A DNA stretch of 64,000 bases from NCBI GenBank assembly GCA_964188305.1, contig OZ076889.1; one strand, 5' to 3'. A program made the translations under genes and the position numbers. Source of the stretch: Podarcis bocagei (Eukaryota). This document shows, one piece after another, positions 49,220 through 61,515 of this stretch. Under the pieces are notes generated by a model. It searched no databases, had not been told where the DNA came from, and saw only the letters and a list, made by a program, of their open reading frames with translations. Each line of letters opens with the position of its first letter. The first letter of the stretch is position 1.

Positions 49220-51105
49220 CCGTATTTTCGCACTATAGGACGCACTTTTTCCCCTCCAAAAATGAAGGGGAAATGTGTGTGCGTCCTATGGTGCGAATGC
49301 AGGCTTTTGCTGAAGCCTGGAGAGCGAGAGGGGTCCGTGCGCACCGACCCCTCTCGCTCTCCAGGCTTCAGGAAGCTATCCCAAGTCTTGCAAGCCCGGC
49401 GGGATGTCCCGCGGGCTCGCAAGGCTTGCGGGCAGCAGCCTGCACCCAAAAGCTGGGGACAGCGGGGAGGTGCAGAGCCGCCACCCCGCTATTCCCCGAC
49501 CTGATCTGGAGGCTGGCGGGGGGAGAAGCAAGCCTGCTTCTCCCCCCCAGCCCCACAAGCTCGGGGGATAGGGGGATGGCGAAGCGCCGCCATCCCGCTA
49601 TTCCCCGACCTGATCTGGAGGCTAGGGGTGGGAGAAGCAAGCCTGCTTCTCCCCCCCCACCATCCCCACAACCTCCAGATCAGGTCGGGGAATAGAGGGA
49701 TGGCAGCGCTCCGCCATCCCGCTATTCCACGACCTGATCTGGAGGCTGGGGGTGGGAGAAGCAAGCCTGCTTCTCCCCCCCCCCACCATCCCCACAACCT
49801 CCAGATCAGGTCGGGGAATAGCGGGATGGCAGCGCTCCGCCATCCCGCTATTCCGCGACCTGATCTGGAGGCTGGGGGTGGGAGAAGCAAGCCTGCTTCT
49901 CCCCCCCCACCATCCCCACAACCTCCAGATCAGGTCGGGGAATCGCGGGATGGCAGCGCTCCGCCATCCCGCTATTCCGCGACCTGATCTGGAGGCTGGG
50001 GGTGGGAGAAGCAAGCCTGCTTCTCCCCCCCACCATCCCCACAACCTCCAGATCAGGTCGGGGAATCGCGGGATGGCAGCGCTCCGCCATCCCGCTATTC
50101 CCCGACCTGATCTGGAGGCTGGGGGTGGGAGAAGCAAGCCTGCTTCTCCCCCCCACCATCCCCACAACCTCCAGATCAGGTCGGGGAATCGCGGCATGGC
50201 AGCGCTCCGCCATCCCGCTATTCCGCGACCTGATCTGGAGGCTGGGGGTGGGAGAAGCAAGCCTGCTTCTCCCCCCCCACCATCCCCACAACCTCCAGAT
50301 CAGGTCGGGGAATCGCGGGATGGCAGCGCTCCGCCATCCCGCTATTCCGCGACCTGATCTGGAGGCTGGGGGTGGGAGAAGCAAGCCTGCTTCTCCCCCC
50401 CACCATCCCCACAACCTCCAGATCAGGTCGGGGAATCGCGGGATGGCAGCGCTCCGCCATCCCGCTATTCCCCGACCTGATCTGGAGGCTGGGGGTGGGA
50501 GAAGCAAGCCTGCTTCTCCCCCCCACCATCCCCACAACCTCCAGATCAGGTCGGGGAATCGCGGCATGGCAGCGCTCCGCCATCCCGCTATTCCGCGACC
50601 TGATCTAGAGGCTGGGGGGGGAGAAGCAAGCCTGCTTCTCCCCCCCCCCAGCCCCACAACCTCCAGGCTTCAGGAGAGCCCCACCGCCAGCCCCACAAGC
50701 TCGGGGGACAGCGGGAGAGGCGCAGCGCGCCCTTCCCGCTGTCCCCCGACTTGGTTAGAAGGCTGGCGGGGGGAGAAGCCTGCTCCTCCCCGTCGCCAGC
50801 CCCGCAAACTCGGGGGACAGCGGGAGAGGCGCAGTGCGCCATTCCCGCTGTCCCCCGACTTGGTTTGGAGGCTGGCGGAAGGCTTCCTCCTCCCCCAGCC
50901 CCGCAAGCTCCCAGAGCGATGCCAAAGCTGCGCGCAGCTTCGGCATGGCTCTGGGTCCTGTTCTGGGGGAGGGGGAAGCTCGGGCTTCCCCGCCCCAGCC
51001 CCGCGCCAGGCGGGGGGGGGGATAAAAATTTTTTCCCTTTATTCCCCCCCCCCAAATCTAGGTGCGTCCTATGGACCGGTGCGTCCAATAGTCCGAAAAA
51101 TACGG
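49220..51105 (+). mobile_element. Non-autonomous Tc1/mariner-superfamily element, family B, 1.9-kb copy with internal palindromic tandem array
   Basis: TA|CCGTATTTTCGCACTATAGGACGCAC ... GTGCGTCCAATAGTCCGAAAAATACGG|TA. No transposase ORF; very GC- and CpG-rich relative to the flanks. Confidence 0.88.
49621..50610. repeat. Tandem array of eight 123-126-bp units, each with two inverted repeats
   Basis: cctccagatcaggtcgg recurs at 49672, 49798, 49922, 50045, 50168, 50292, 50415 and 50538. Confidence 0.95.
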
Positions 51106-51222
51106 TAAGCTTGAATGAGAAGCATTGAGAAAGGAAAATGGATGTGGCCTTGAGTTTCATTCTGAGGTTTGATAGGTTCCAGATTTGAAAAGTGTAAAAG
51201 GTACTATAGGACCACCATCAAT

Positions 51223-51224
<2 letters not shown>

Positions 51225-51265
<41 letters not shown>
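51225..51265. repeat. (GT)n microsatellite
   Basis: Direct reading. Confidence 0.95.
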
Positions 51266-51266
<1 letters not shown>

Positions 51267-51797
51267 TGTGCAGGTGGTTTGCAATAGTGTGAAGTAAATG
51301 GACTGATAGGCAACAATTAATGAACGTAAAGATGAAAGCAGGTGATCATAAGGAAGTCTTGTTGAACAGCCTTAGTAAAATGCTCAATAAACAGACACAT
51401 TCTCAGGCATATGCTCGTGTTCAGAATTACATCTCCATGCATTTAACTGAGAGAGAGAGTTGCATGGCTGATTTTCTCAATGTAGAACACTTATGGTGTG
51501 CTAATGCCGTTTCCCTTGGTGCCCATGCCATTGAACGATGTTAATCTTCTCCCACTTGGCACTCCAAATCATGCTCAGGAATAACATACCTACAAGGAAG
51601 CAAGACAGCCAGGTGTGTATGGCATCAGTTTTCAAGAATAGGTTTCATATGGATGTCCACATGGGGTTACTGCTTAAAAAAAGGTCACATCATAGCCAGT
51701 CCATGTGAATAAGTCCTAAGAGATGTCTACTTTCCGTTGGTAACATAGAGTGTATGTGCTGTTCTCACACCACTTTTCTTTTATTTTCCTGTAACAG

Positions 51798-51864
51798 CTG
51801 CTGGCTCAAGGTTGACAACTATTTTATCTGGAGTTTCATTGGGCCTGTTACCTTCATTATTCTG
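51798..51864 (+). CDS. ADGRL2: ADGRL2 exon, ECL2 and start of TM5 ([22 protein letters not shown])
   Basis: Acceptor ttcctgtaacag|C, donor CTG|gtaaga, 67 nt. Confidence 0.96.
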
Positions 51865-51986
51865 GTAAGAATACTATCACTTTGCTTTCCGCCCATCTGC
51901 CTGCCTCTCTCCCAATCCACTTTATTTATTACAGTGGAAATGACCAAAATACTTTGAAAGTCAGGTTATATTTGCTATGAAACTGT

Positions 51987-52340
51987 CATAGCAAGAGCGC
52001 TTTTGGATAAGACCATAGGCCCATGTTCTCCAGCATCATCTTCTCACCATAACCACCAACCAGATGCTCATGGAAAGTGCACTTCTCATGGGTTGTCTCT
52101 GATACTGATACTGGAGGTAAAAGACAGCCATCACAACTTCTAGCCACTGAAAGTCGTATTTGTCTAACTGCCTTTTAAAGCTATCCAAGTGGGGGGGGGG
52201 AGCACCACATCATGTGGCAGGAAATTCTACTATGCACTGTGTTCATTTTGACTGTCCCAGTTTTCAACACTCCAATATTCAACTTAACTGGATGACCTTG
52301 GGTTCCAGTATTGTGAGATACGGAAACCTCTCTCTGTTGT
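51987..52340 (-). mobile_element. CR1 LINE 3' fragment, degenerate
   Basis: ggcccatgttctccagcatc, aaccagatgctcatgg, ccttttaaagctatccaag, ggatgaccttgggttccagtattgtgaga. Boundaries approximate. Confidence 0.55.
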
Positions 52341-52505
52341 TTGTACACAAATCGGCGAATTTCGACTAGAGACTTCGTACCATTGTGATGGCATGTGAAT
52401 CACAAGTCTTAGTTTTGATTTGTGCACAGTGCTATTCCCCCCTTGAGATGATACTTTTGGGATTTCTGTATTTCCTTCTGGTTTCAGAGCCTTTCAGATA
52501 TCTTT

Positions 52506-52591
52506 GTAGAATCATAGAGTTGGAAGGGACCCCAAGGGCTGTCTAGTCCAACCCCCTTCAATGCAGGAATCTCAGCTAAGGTATCCCTGAC
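52506..52591 (-). mobile_element. CR1-type 3' terminus
   Basis: agaatcatagagttggaagggaccccaagggctgtctagtccaacccc, the reverse complement of the 43440-43500 tail. Confidence 0.75.
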
Positions 52592-55500
52592 ATATCATCA
52601 TTTATTGAATATTATCTCTGTACCCGCTGAACTAAAACAGTGCTGTTTTAAAAGCAGGACTGTTAATAGGCTTTTATTTATTTACTTTCTTTCTTTTATT
52701 ATACTTTGCTCTTCATCCAAGAAGTTCAGAGCTTTGTAAAGATGGTTTTCAGGTGGTGTCCCACCCATGTACTTGTTTAGGAAAAGACCCTTTTCATTTT
52801 AGCCGTTATCACGTGCCTTCAAACTATTCTTCCTCACGCATTCTATAATGCAAATGCTAATGATCCTTTTGGGAGGGAAGGTATCATTTTTCATTTTACC
52901 AAACATTGCTGCATTGTAGCTGATGTGTTGGTGCAAAATTCAGCCTTGTTCAAGAAGAGATTTATCTTCTTGGAGTAGTCTTACAGTCTGAGCCTTTAAG
53001 CCACTACATGTCTTGAGTCGTACCCATGGCACCTAATGTCATTCTGTAGAACTGAGTTGCCAATCTTGATCCTTGATTGCCGGCTGAGTCCAGAGAAGGC
53101 AGTTTTTTTCTCAGCAAAGCTGTACGTTATACGCAGACAAATAGTATTTATTTTCCCCATCATGTTCATTGTGTTAATCATACTGTAAATCACATTATTA
53201 AAATGTTTTAAAAAACACTGTACATAATGCACAAAATTTAAATCAGTGGCTTGGCTTGCCCCTCCTCCACATTGCAGAACACTCCTGAGAGTCAGGGGCC
53301 GGACCCCTCTTGCATAGTGTGGGATGTGGTACAGAGGGAATCAGTATCACTTGTGACTTATACCAATTCTCCCTTGCCATTGCACCCCCTACAACACAAC
53401 TCATGCCAATCAGGAAGATTAATCTGTATGTGCAATATTTATCATTATTGAACAGTAAACAAAAACAAAAACTATTTGGCTTGATCATTAGCATATGGTA
53501 TACACAGATTGCACAACATAGTAGTCCGGTGGCAAAATCTGATTCTAGCTAATTCACAGTATGGCTGAGGATTTGACAGGAGGCAAAATACTCCTGTGGT
53601 TAAACAGGATTTCTTTCTTCATTCTTGAAGTTCTCACTGGCATATAAGAAGTGTGCATCATAGAGCAGGTACATCATTCATATTCACACAACTATAAGGG
53701 CAGTGTTTCATTTTTTAAAATTTCTCCTTTCATCATCTCAAGCAACACGGCTGATAGAAATGTGTGCAGAGGAAACATGGCACAGCAATTTATTTGAGAT
53801 ATGCCAGTATAGATAATATTGGGAGTGATGCTCCCACTCCTGACTTTTTAGATCATAATTAAAAATGGCAGCTTTTAATTCTGTATAGCAGCATGTAGGA
53901 CTCCTTGGTATTTTTTGAAAGAAACATTACAGGCTGAATCATCCAACTCAGCACTTTTCCTCATGGTACAATTTCTGTTGTTCGTGGAACACAACACGGA
54001 AGCTAGAACCTCACTGAAGTAAGCCATAGCCACTTCCTTTCTCTCCAAAGGGGCAAGCCGTTTCTTTCAAAATGTGATTGTTTCATAGTAAGTGAGATAA
54101 TCTTGCATGTTATGCTTCCCCTTCCTGTTTGAAGCCTGGAGTGTGGCAATAGGAGTTCTGCCACATCTGTAGCAGAGGGCATCGCGATGTGGCACCACCA
54201 CTCCTGCTCTCCAGTTGGGCTGTGTCACTGCTGCTTACCAGGAGGCAAAGGAGGAGTAGTTAGGCAGCAGTGAGCTGGTACAGTGCTCAACACACTGGAG
54301 GAACCAATCCAGTTCTCCTGCCAGTGCCTCTGTAGTGTGCCAGCCTCACCGCTGCCTCATCCCTCCTCTCCACCTCCCAGAAAGCAACAATGGTGAAACA
54401 AACCAGAGGTCAGGTGAGTGGTGCCATGGCACCATGCTGTCTGCTACTGCTTCCTAAATTATTAAAAATAATAATAATCCCAACAAGTAGAACTTCAGTA
54501 CACCAGGGAGAAAGTTTCTAGCCCGTATTGCACACTTAGAATGCTGAGGACTATGGGGGTTTTATGTATTTAAAAATTGCATCTCCTACCTGCAGCCTGA
54601 AGTAGTAGCCCATTCTGCCACCTCATTCGCACGTAATTCTGTTGCAAGTGGACTGGTCACAGGCGTGGGAATAAAGTGGCTGAAAGTAATGTGCGAGCTA
54701 AAGTTCAGTGAGCCAGGGTCTTGATATGTCTCCTTTCCTCTTTTTTTTTTACAAAAATAACAGCATCATTTACTGTGAGCAGTACTTTCTTTGGGGGTTT
54801 TTCTCTCTCTCCCCCCCTCTTTCTCTGTCTTTAAATAACATTACACTTTGTGTGGGCCTTGGGCATTGAGGCAGATATTGGTGTTTCCTCATAACCAGGT
54901 CAGAGTGAAAATCGGGGTGAGGGACATTTAATCATATTGACCATGTACAGTCAGAGTCTACTATTATTTACCGGCCATGACATTATTATCCTCCTGCAAA
55001 TCATTTAGGCTGAGAAGTGAAAGGCCTTTGGGAGCAGTATTCCCAACTTCAAAAAATATGAAACAGCAGGTAGCAATCACTGCACAGTTCCTGGGAGTAA
55101 TTCTTCTCTGGCAATTGCTTTGCCCTCTAATCATACCGACCAAAAGAAAAGGGAGTGTAATGATTCGAGAACAGTGTAATGTGAACAGTGTAACTGCAGA
55201 AGAGGTATGGGTGTACATTAATGTATATGCGCCATTCAAGAATTTACCATTACAATCTTTACAAACATATGGCGATGGTTATATAACAACAACAGCTGTT
55301 GCTGTTGCTACTATTTAACAATTTATTTAGCCCCAACAATGTGCTGCAATAATCATGGAATATTTTTTTGCTGGAATGCAACTCTCAATGCAAAGTATGC
55401 TACAGTCGCCCCAATACTGGGCTACCTTCAACTAAATTATAGAGAAAGTAGACTACTGTGTATGACTCTGTTAAATACAGCGCACTGAAAATGGAGTTTG

Positions 55501-58500
55501 TGTTTGTAGTCCTTAACAGAAAAGCTCATAATATGTGAGCTACTTCTAATGGACTTTCAAACTCTACATTATAGGTTGTACCAAGCTTTTTGGGTCACTA
55601 TTGAGTATGAAACACAGGAGAAAAAAAAAAAAAACACACCCTGATTTCTTCCTTACACATATGTGGGCACACCCAGCCAGGAAAGGCAAACAGCAGATAG
55701 TTAATGCTATATTTACAAAAGCAGCTCCTTAGGCGCACTGGATACCCACACTATGTGGTTGTCTACATAGCTGTTTTCCATGTTTGTGTCTGGGCTTAGG
55801 TACCGTTGTCTGACGTGAGTGCACACACCCAACCTGGGCCTTCTCAGATACGGTGAACAGTCTCTTCCTCCACTTCCAACCTGTCCTGCATGCCCACCTC
55901 CAACTCTTGACTTCTCGGACCCTTCCTCTTCTCTTTTCCTGGCTCCTGGGTGGCACCCAACCCCATAAATCTCTGCCCCTCCTCTCCTGGGATTGCCTCC
56001 GCCCCCTTGCCTCCATCACATATTTGTCAAGAGTGCTTCCAGTCCCTCAATATGTTCATAACTGTTATCATGTGTACACAGAACACAGATGTGTATACTG
56101 AATTAAGAACAATCACACACTTTTAATTTACTGGCTTTAGAATTTGAGATCTTATTCTTTTCCCACCTCCAGCCCACATACACAAAATTGTAGACTCCTT
56201 TGGGGGAAAGACTAATACACCCATTACGGAACAGTTAGATATATTATAGCCTATACTGATCTTAATTGATAAGTTGCAGAAAATAAAAGCCCGAGTGTCA
56301 GTGATTTAATGGACCGCTATCAGCATTTATATGATCTTGAGGCTTTAGTCCATTGTAATTCAAGCAAAAGATTTATTTAGTACATTCTCAGATAAGATTC
56401 TGTGGCCATGATAATCTAATATAAATTTAGGCACTCATGATCTTGTTGAAATTGGCTGCTAATTTGAGGGAAGGAGATGGGCAGTATAATGTTATCTATT
56501 TGTTTTAAAGGAACTGGAAGAAAACTGTTCTTTGGGAACAGTAAGTGTTCAAGGGGAAATCTGCAACCGGGCGTTCCATTGACTTTGTCCTTTTATCGGA
56601 ATTTTTGATACATACACCGATTTTTACATAAGCTTTTCTGCCTTCCTTAAAAATAAGAATTGGGCATATTGGTCAGAATTAGGATCTCATTGTTTTGAAT
56701 GGGATCAAGCACATGCAGCTCTGCACTGCGTTGTTGACTATGTATTTCTGTGTTTCTTGATCACAGCCTTTTTATTTATTCCACGCCTTGCTGTTTTTTG
56801 CATTTAAAGTAAATATCACTACCCTCCCTTTCCTTGCCATACAGCCACCCACCCGATGCTTTCCCTCTTAAGATTAGGTAGGACCGCCTTCCCAAATAAC
56901 CTTGCCCATTCTCGGCGCTTTAGGAAACATGCGGCGTTCGGATCCTTGAAGGAGAGTGGTTGACTTTCCTTTCAGACTACGGGGCACCGGGGTTATTGTA
57001 TCTATGGAAGAAAGCATGTGTGAGAGTAATGAGCAGTGGAACGCCATTAGTATGCCTGAAATGATTTAATGAAAGCTTGGATCATGACACGTCAGGAGCT
57101 GTTCTTATCATTTGGACAGCTCCATCTGCATCCTTAATAATTAATTAAGTTCAGGGAGAGTTCAGCTTTGCGCACTCCTTTCGAAGGGCTCCTTCAGACA
57201 ACACTTCTCGGGCTGCCAGTCCCAGAGAGGAATAGGCTTCTGCTTGGCTAAGAGCAAGGATCTGCGAGATAGAAGAGCAATTTTAGAGCTTGCCTCTGCC
57301 AGGTAACAAAAGCTCCAGGGAGGACAAACAGGGTCAGAACATGTGCAGTTCAGCTAGGTTACCTCGGAGTGGTGTTTCTGTTCTTCTGTCTTATCATATC
57401 CATGTCAGCACTTCAGGCTGTGTGGAATGAATTTTAAGCTGCTAAGCTCAATGTAATTCAATTGAGCAGCTTGATGGCTTTAATAAAACAAACAGTGCAC
57501 TCTGGCAAACTCTGGTCAGAAAAGCCCACACTTTTGACTTTTTGTGTTTTGCCTCTTTTCGCTTTAATATAATTCAAGGAGGTTCGAGGTTGGTTAGACG
57601 TGTCATTTGTGTTGAGCTCCTGAGAGAGATTCTCATGAGCCTTAGGAATCGCCTGCAGGAAGATGACTGACCCAAAGCATTCTGGATGTGGTTCTGTTTC
57701 ATGAATAGGGAAACATATGATCTCTAAAGAGATGACATTACTTCTCCTTAGTGATACTGTCCATCCAAGACAAAGTAACTTTGCAGCGATAGCATAATAG
57801 GCATTGGGATTTCATCCATTGGTCAAAATATTGGCAAATCCTCAGTGTGAATAATGGAAGTTTTAGAAATTGAGGCATAGTTCTTGTGCTAGCTGTATGG
57901 AGAGGGATGTCTAATACTTTATGCTTACCACATCCTAGAAAAATTCACCATAATGTGATAAACTTCCGTGATTCAAGTACATGTTTCCATAGCTGCAGAT
58001 GCCATGTCAGCAATACACCATTCACTTGTTTATTAGTTTGGTGACATATAGCAAATTAAAACGACCACTTTTGGTGGAAGCAGGAGAACTGAAACTAGCC
58101 CTGAACTGAAACTAGTCCCCCACTACTGCCACTGAAGAGGTGATCAGCATAAAGATGACATTGTGCCAGGTTGGGCTTATCACATCTTGGTTTTGTAAGC
58201 CTTTTCTCCACACGCATTGCCTCTTCTCTGCCCCTTTCTCAATTACACCAGGAACACTTCAATCAACTGTCCTTTCCCATTACATCTGAACTGGGAAAAT
58301 ATGGTTACCAAGTTCTCAAAACACAGCTTGAAGTTGGTTTAAGATCCTAACTTTTTCTGTACCTGGTAACCATGGTTTACCAGTTCAGGCACAATGAGAA
58401 ACTATGGCTAAGTAAGTGATGTCTTGCTTTAACTGCATCAAGGAAAGGGGTTGCATATGCAGGCACAAAGCTTGTTCACTATATAATATAACAAAGCTTA

Positions 58501-61414
58501 TATCCAAAATATCACTATCCTACACTACACCCAGTTCTACTGGTGCTACCGGATGGGCCTTTTAGTATTTCAGATGGCTTTCGTATAATAATAGTTCAGT
58601 AGTAGAAATGGTTTTGTTGACTTTATTTTACAGAGTTCATAACAGTGTACTATATTGGGAAATTGTGGTTTACAAATAAAGAAAATACAGACAATATATG
58701 TATTGTGCTCTTGTGCCTGGGATTTCATGCATGGCTCATATTGTGAGCTAGGACTAGGCATGCAGAAGTCTTCTTCTCCACGCACTTCACCCTCACTCAA
58801 TAGGTCCACTGTTCTCACACCCTTTGAGAGGAATCATTAATCACAAGAAAATTACAAGATCATTTTATAGTGTTACGACAGCAGAAATCTTTCCGTGAGT
58901 CAGTTTGAATCAATTCCTTGAAGGAATCGATTCAGTGGCTTTCAAGGCGCACACAGTATTAATGTTCTTTAAGAAATTAAGCATTTAAACTGTCATATAT
59001 ATATCACCCAATCACACCTTACAAATATGTGTGATTTCTTAGATAGCAATGAGAAGAATCGGGAGAGTGAGGAATAAGCAAAATAATTTCTTCATAAAAA
59101 ATGCGAGTACAAGTCATTTCTTGTAAGTGTATGCTCTTCAACAAGTTCCTCTGCTCTGCCCCTTTCTGTTTTCCATGTTACATGATATTATGGCAATCTG
59201 TCCGAGTTTGTTTACCTCTTGATTAGAGGTGATTTATCTAGAGGAGATGCATTTTCAGCGAATACTTTTCTAATGGGTACTTGGAGCATAGGCAAACCAG
59301 GACTTCTGAATATTGCTTTCACAGAGCGAACTAGTGTTCTTTGGTTTGCTTGATGATTTAAATTATATCATATTTTACAGAGATGTGGCGAACAAGTATC
59401 TCATTCTCTGTTGTCATATGTCTTAGTTGCTTTGCTTTAGAACTACAGTATGTTGTATTGTTAAAGAGACTTTCATTTTCACTTACCATCATATTACAGG
59501 ACCTTTTCAGATGAATTAAAGTGCTGCGTTTCTTGTTGTGCCACCCTTTCTCTTTCTTTCACTTTCTATGCTTAAGCAGACACTCAATTTTTTATTTTTT
59601 ATATCAATCAATAAATTTTATTGTTTATAGCCAATGGCCATCACAATACAATATGAGCACAAATCACACAGCTACAAAACAAAAGACACAGTTTGCTCCA
59701 GACCAGGAAAAATCTAAAATGTCCAAAATTTAGGAACATTCCTTCTACTCAGCACCCCTAGGGTTTGGCACTATTCAGAAATGTTTCCCCTTATCTTTCT
59801 GGTTTTTATTTATGACCCTCCCCACCCCAAAGGATTCTACTACTTTGGGCTGATTCTTTTGGCACTTTCAACCACTTTCAAATCAGATGTTTGCTGTAGG
59901 GAGGTAGGAGGCCTTGCTTCATAAACCATATTGGTTTCCACAGCTGATACCCACAGGGATCTGGCTGATGTTATAGCATCTATGGCAATCCTCAACTCCT
60001 GCCACTGAGGAATGCAGTTGGAAGTAGCATACGGCTTAAAGGCCCAATTAGGGCCACCATTCCAGCATTAAACATGAGTAATGAAGTCATGATCCTGGAC
60101 ACTCTAGTAGCAAAGTAGAAAGCAAAGCTATGCCAGCAGAAACAAGAGATATTAGCATAGCAGCATGGACAACCACATCCACAGTATCCATGGAAATCTT
60201 GCACCAACACCAGTCACAGCCAGGCAATTTACAGTGACTTCAGGGGTGCTGTGATGCTATCACAGAAGCTGTTCCACCACCACCACCACCCCCCCAGTGC
60301 ATGAGCATGCTTGCAGGAAGAGATATTTGTGTCTCAGAAGCATCCGTGACTCACTGGTTAGGAGGACAGCAGCTGATCCCTGCAGCCACAGTGGCATCAG
60401 CAGGATTTTGGATTTTAAAGCAGCCAAAATACAAAATCGGAAGCAGCCTGAAATCATAACACCTTTTGCCAGAACCAAACAGTGCCACCCCAGTTAAAGC
60501 AGGCAGACAGTTTGTATAACCCAGAGTGTAGAAGGCTTGGGTATAGAAACTACAGGACGATGGCCTCGCTGTCCCTTCCTCTGATAGAATGCTTAGTTAA
60601 TATTCATAACAATGCACATAAAAGATGTGCGTTACTGTCTGCGTAAGGGTGCAGCCATTTTGCAAGGGAGAAAAGATAGCCAATTCTGCTACGAAGAATA
60701 CACAGCAAAACAGCAAGGACAAAAAAAGAAAGCATTGTGAGCTGCCTGGTTGCCATAGAGTACAAAATAAATGCATTATTTACACTATGGCTTTACAGGG
60801 AAGTGGAAAGGGCAGTCTTTGAGTCATTGCTAATTCCTGCAGTTGCAACAGGGGATCAAACTGGCTTCAGTTTAACTCCCAGTATTGGTTGTAGTTTATT
60901 GTCAAGTAGTTCATATGTAAACAAGGTCATTAACATGCCGAAATTATTATTTTGCTTTGGGTGTCCCATGCTTACTATAATCAATTGTTCTTTCTCCGTG
61001 ATAATAACAGCACCAGCATTTGAGATGAGTTTGTTAATGTGAACCAGATTAATTTCACCTTGAGTTCCTATTCTCTTGATCTATAATGGCTTATTCAAAA
61101 CCTGGCTAGTTCAGAATTTCCTTGTTTTATTATACATTATTTATATCACAGGCATGTAAAGAATCCGCATATAGGGCTCATTCATATGTAACGCTTAGTT
61201 CAGTGCTATATGATTGAGTTGGAATGAACCCAAGCAAAACATCTGACCGCGTTCTCCTCTCCTTCTCTCACATGGCAAGGAGGAAGCCTGGTTGGTTGTT
61301 AAGTTCAAACCAGGGGATCCGGTTTAAAACAAGCTCTGCTAAGTTTCCAAAGTAGCCAATTTCAGACCATGAATTGTTAAGCTGTCAAGGCCAGGCTGAA
61401 CACTGATGAGTGGG

Positions 61415-61515
61415 TAGGGCTGCCATACGTCTGGATTTGTGGGGTGTGGGTGGATGGGGTGTGGGTTGGTGTCTTCCTAAGTTCCTACTTTTTGAAATAT
61501 GGCAACCCTATCCTA
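61415..61515. mobile_element. Short hAT-type MITE (TAGGG termini)
   Basis: TAGGGCTGCCATA ... TATGGCAACCCTA. The 8-mer TGAGTGGG occurs at 61407-14 and again at 61516-23, after a 5-bp extra tccta. Confidence 0.6.

Noticed and set aside
49621-50610. CRISPR-like array of regularly spaced palindromic repeats
   Set aside because: There are no unique spacers (the whole unit repeats), the unit is ~124 bp, no cas genes are present, and it lies inside a TIR element in a vertebrate intron.
49099-51160. Many long overlapping ORFs (up to 368 aa) on both strands
   Set aside because: By-product of a stop-poor GC-rich tandem repeat. Frames shift with poly-C length, the peptides are repetitive, and there is no DDE/D transposase or other domain.
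58086-58118. 17-bp tandem duplication gaactgaaactag
   Set aside because: Ordinary slippage duplication.
58906-58934. 14-bp-arm palindrome tgaatcaattcctt-g-aaggaatcgattca; similar short ones near 21466 and 21640
   Set aside because: Short, with no supporting context; not interpretable without conservation data.
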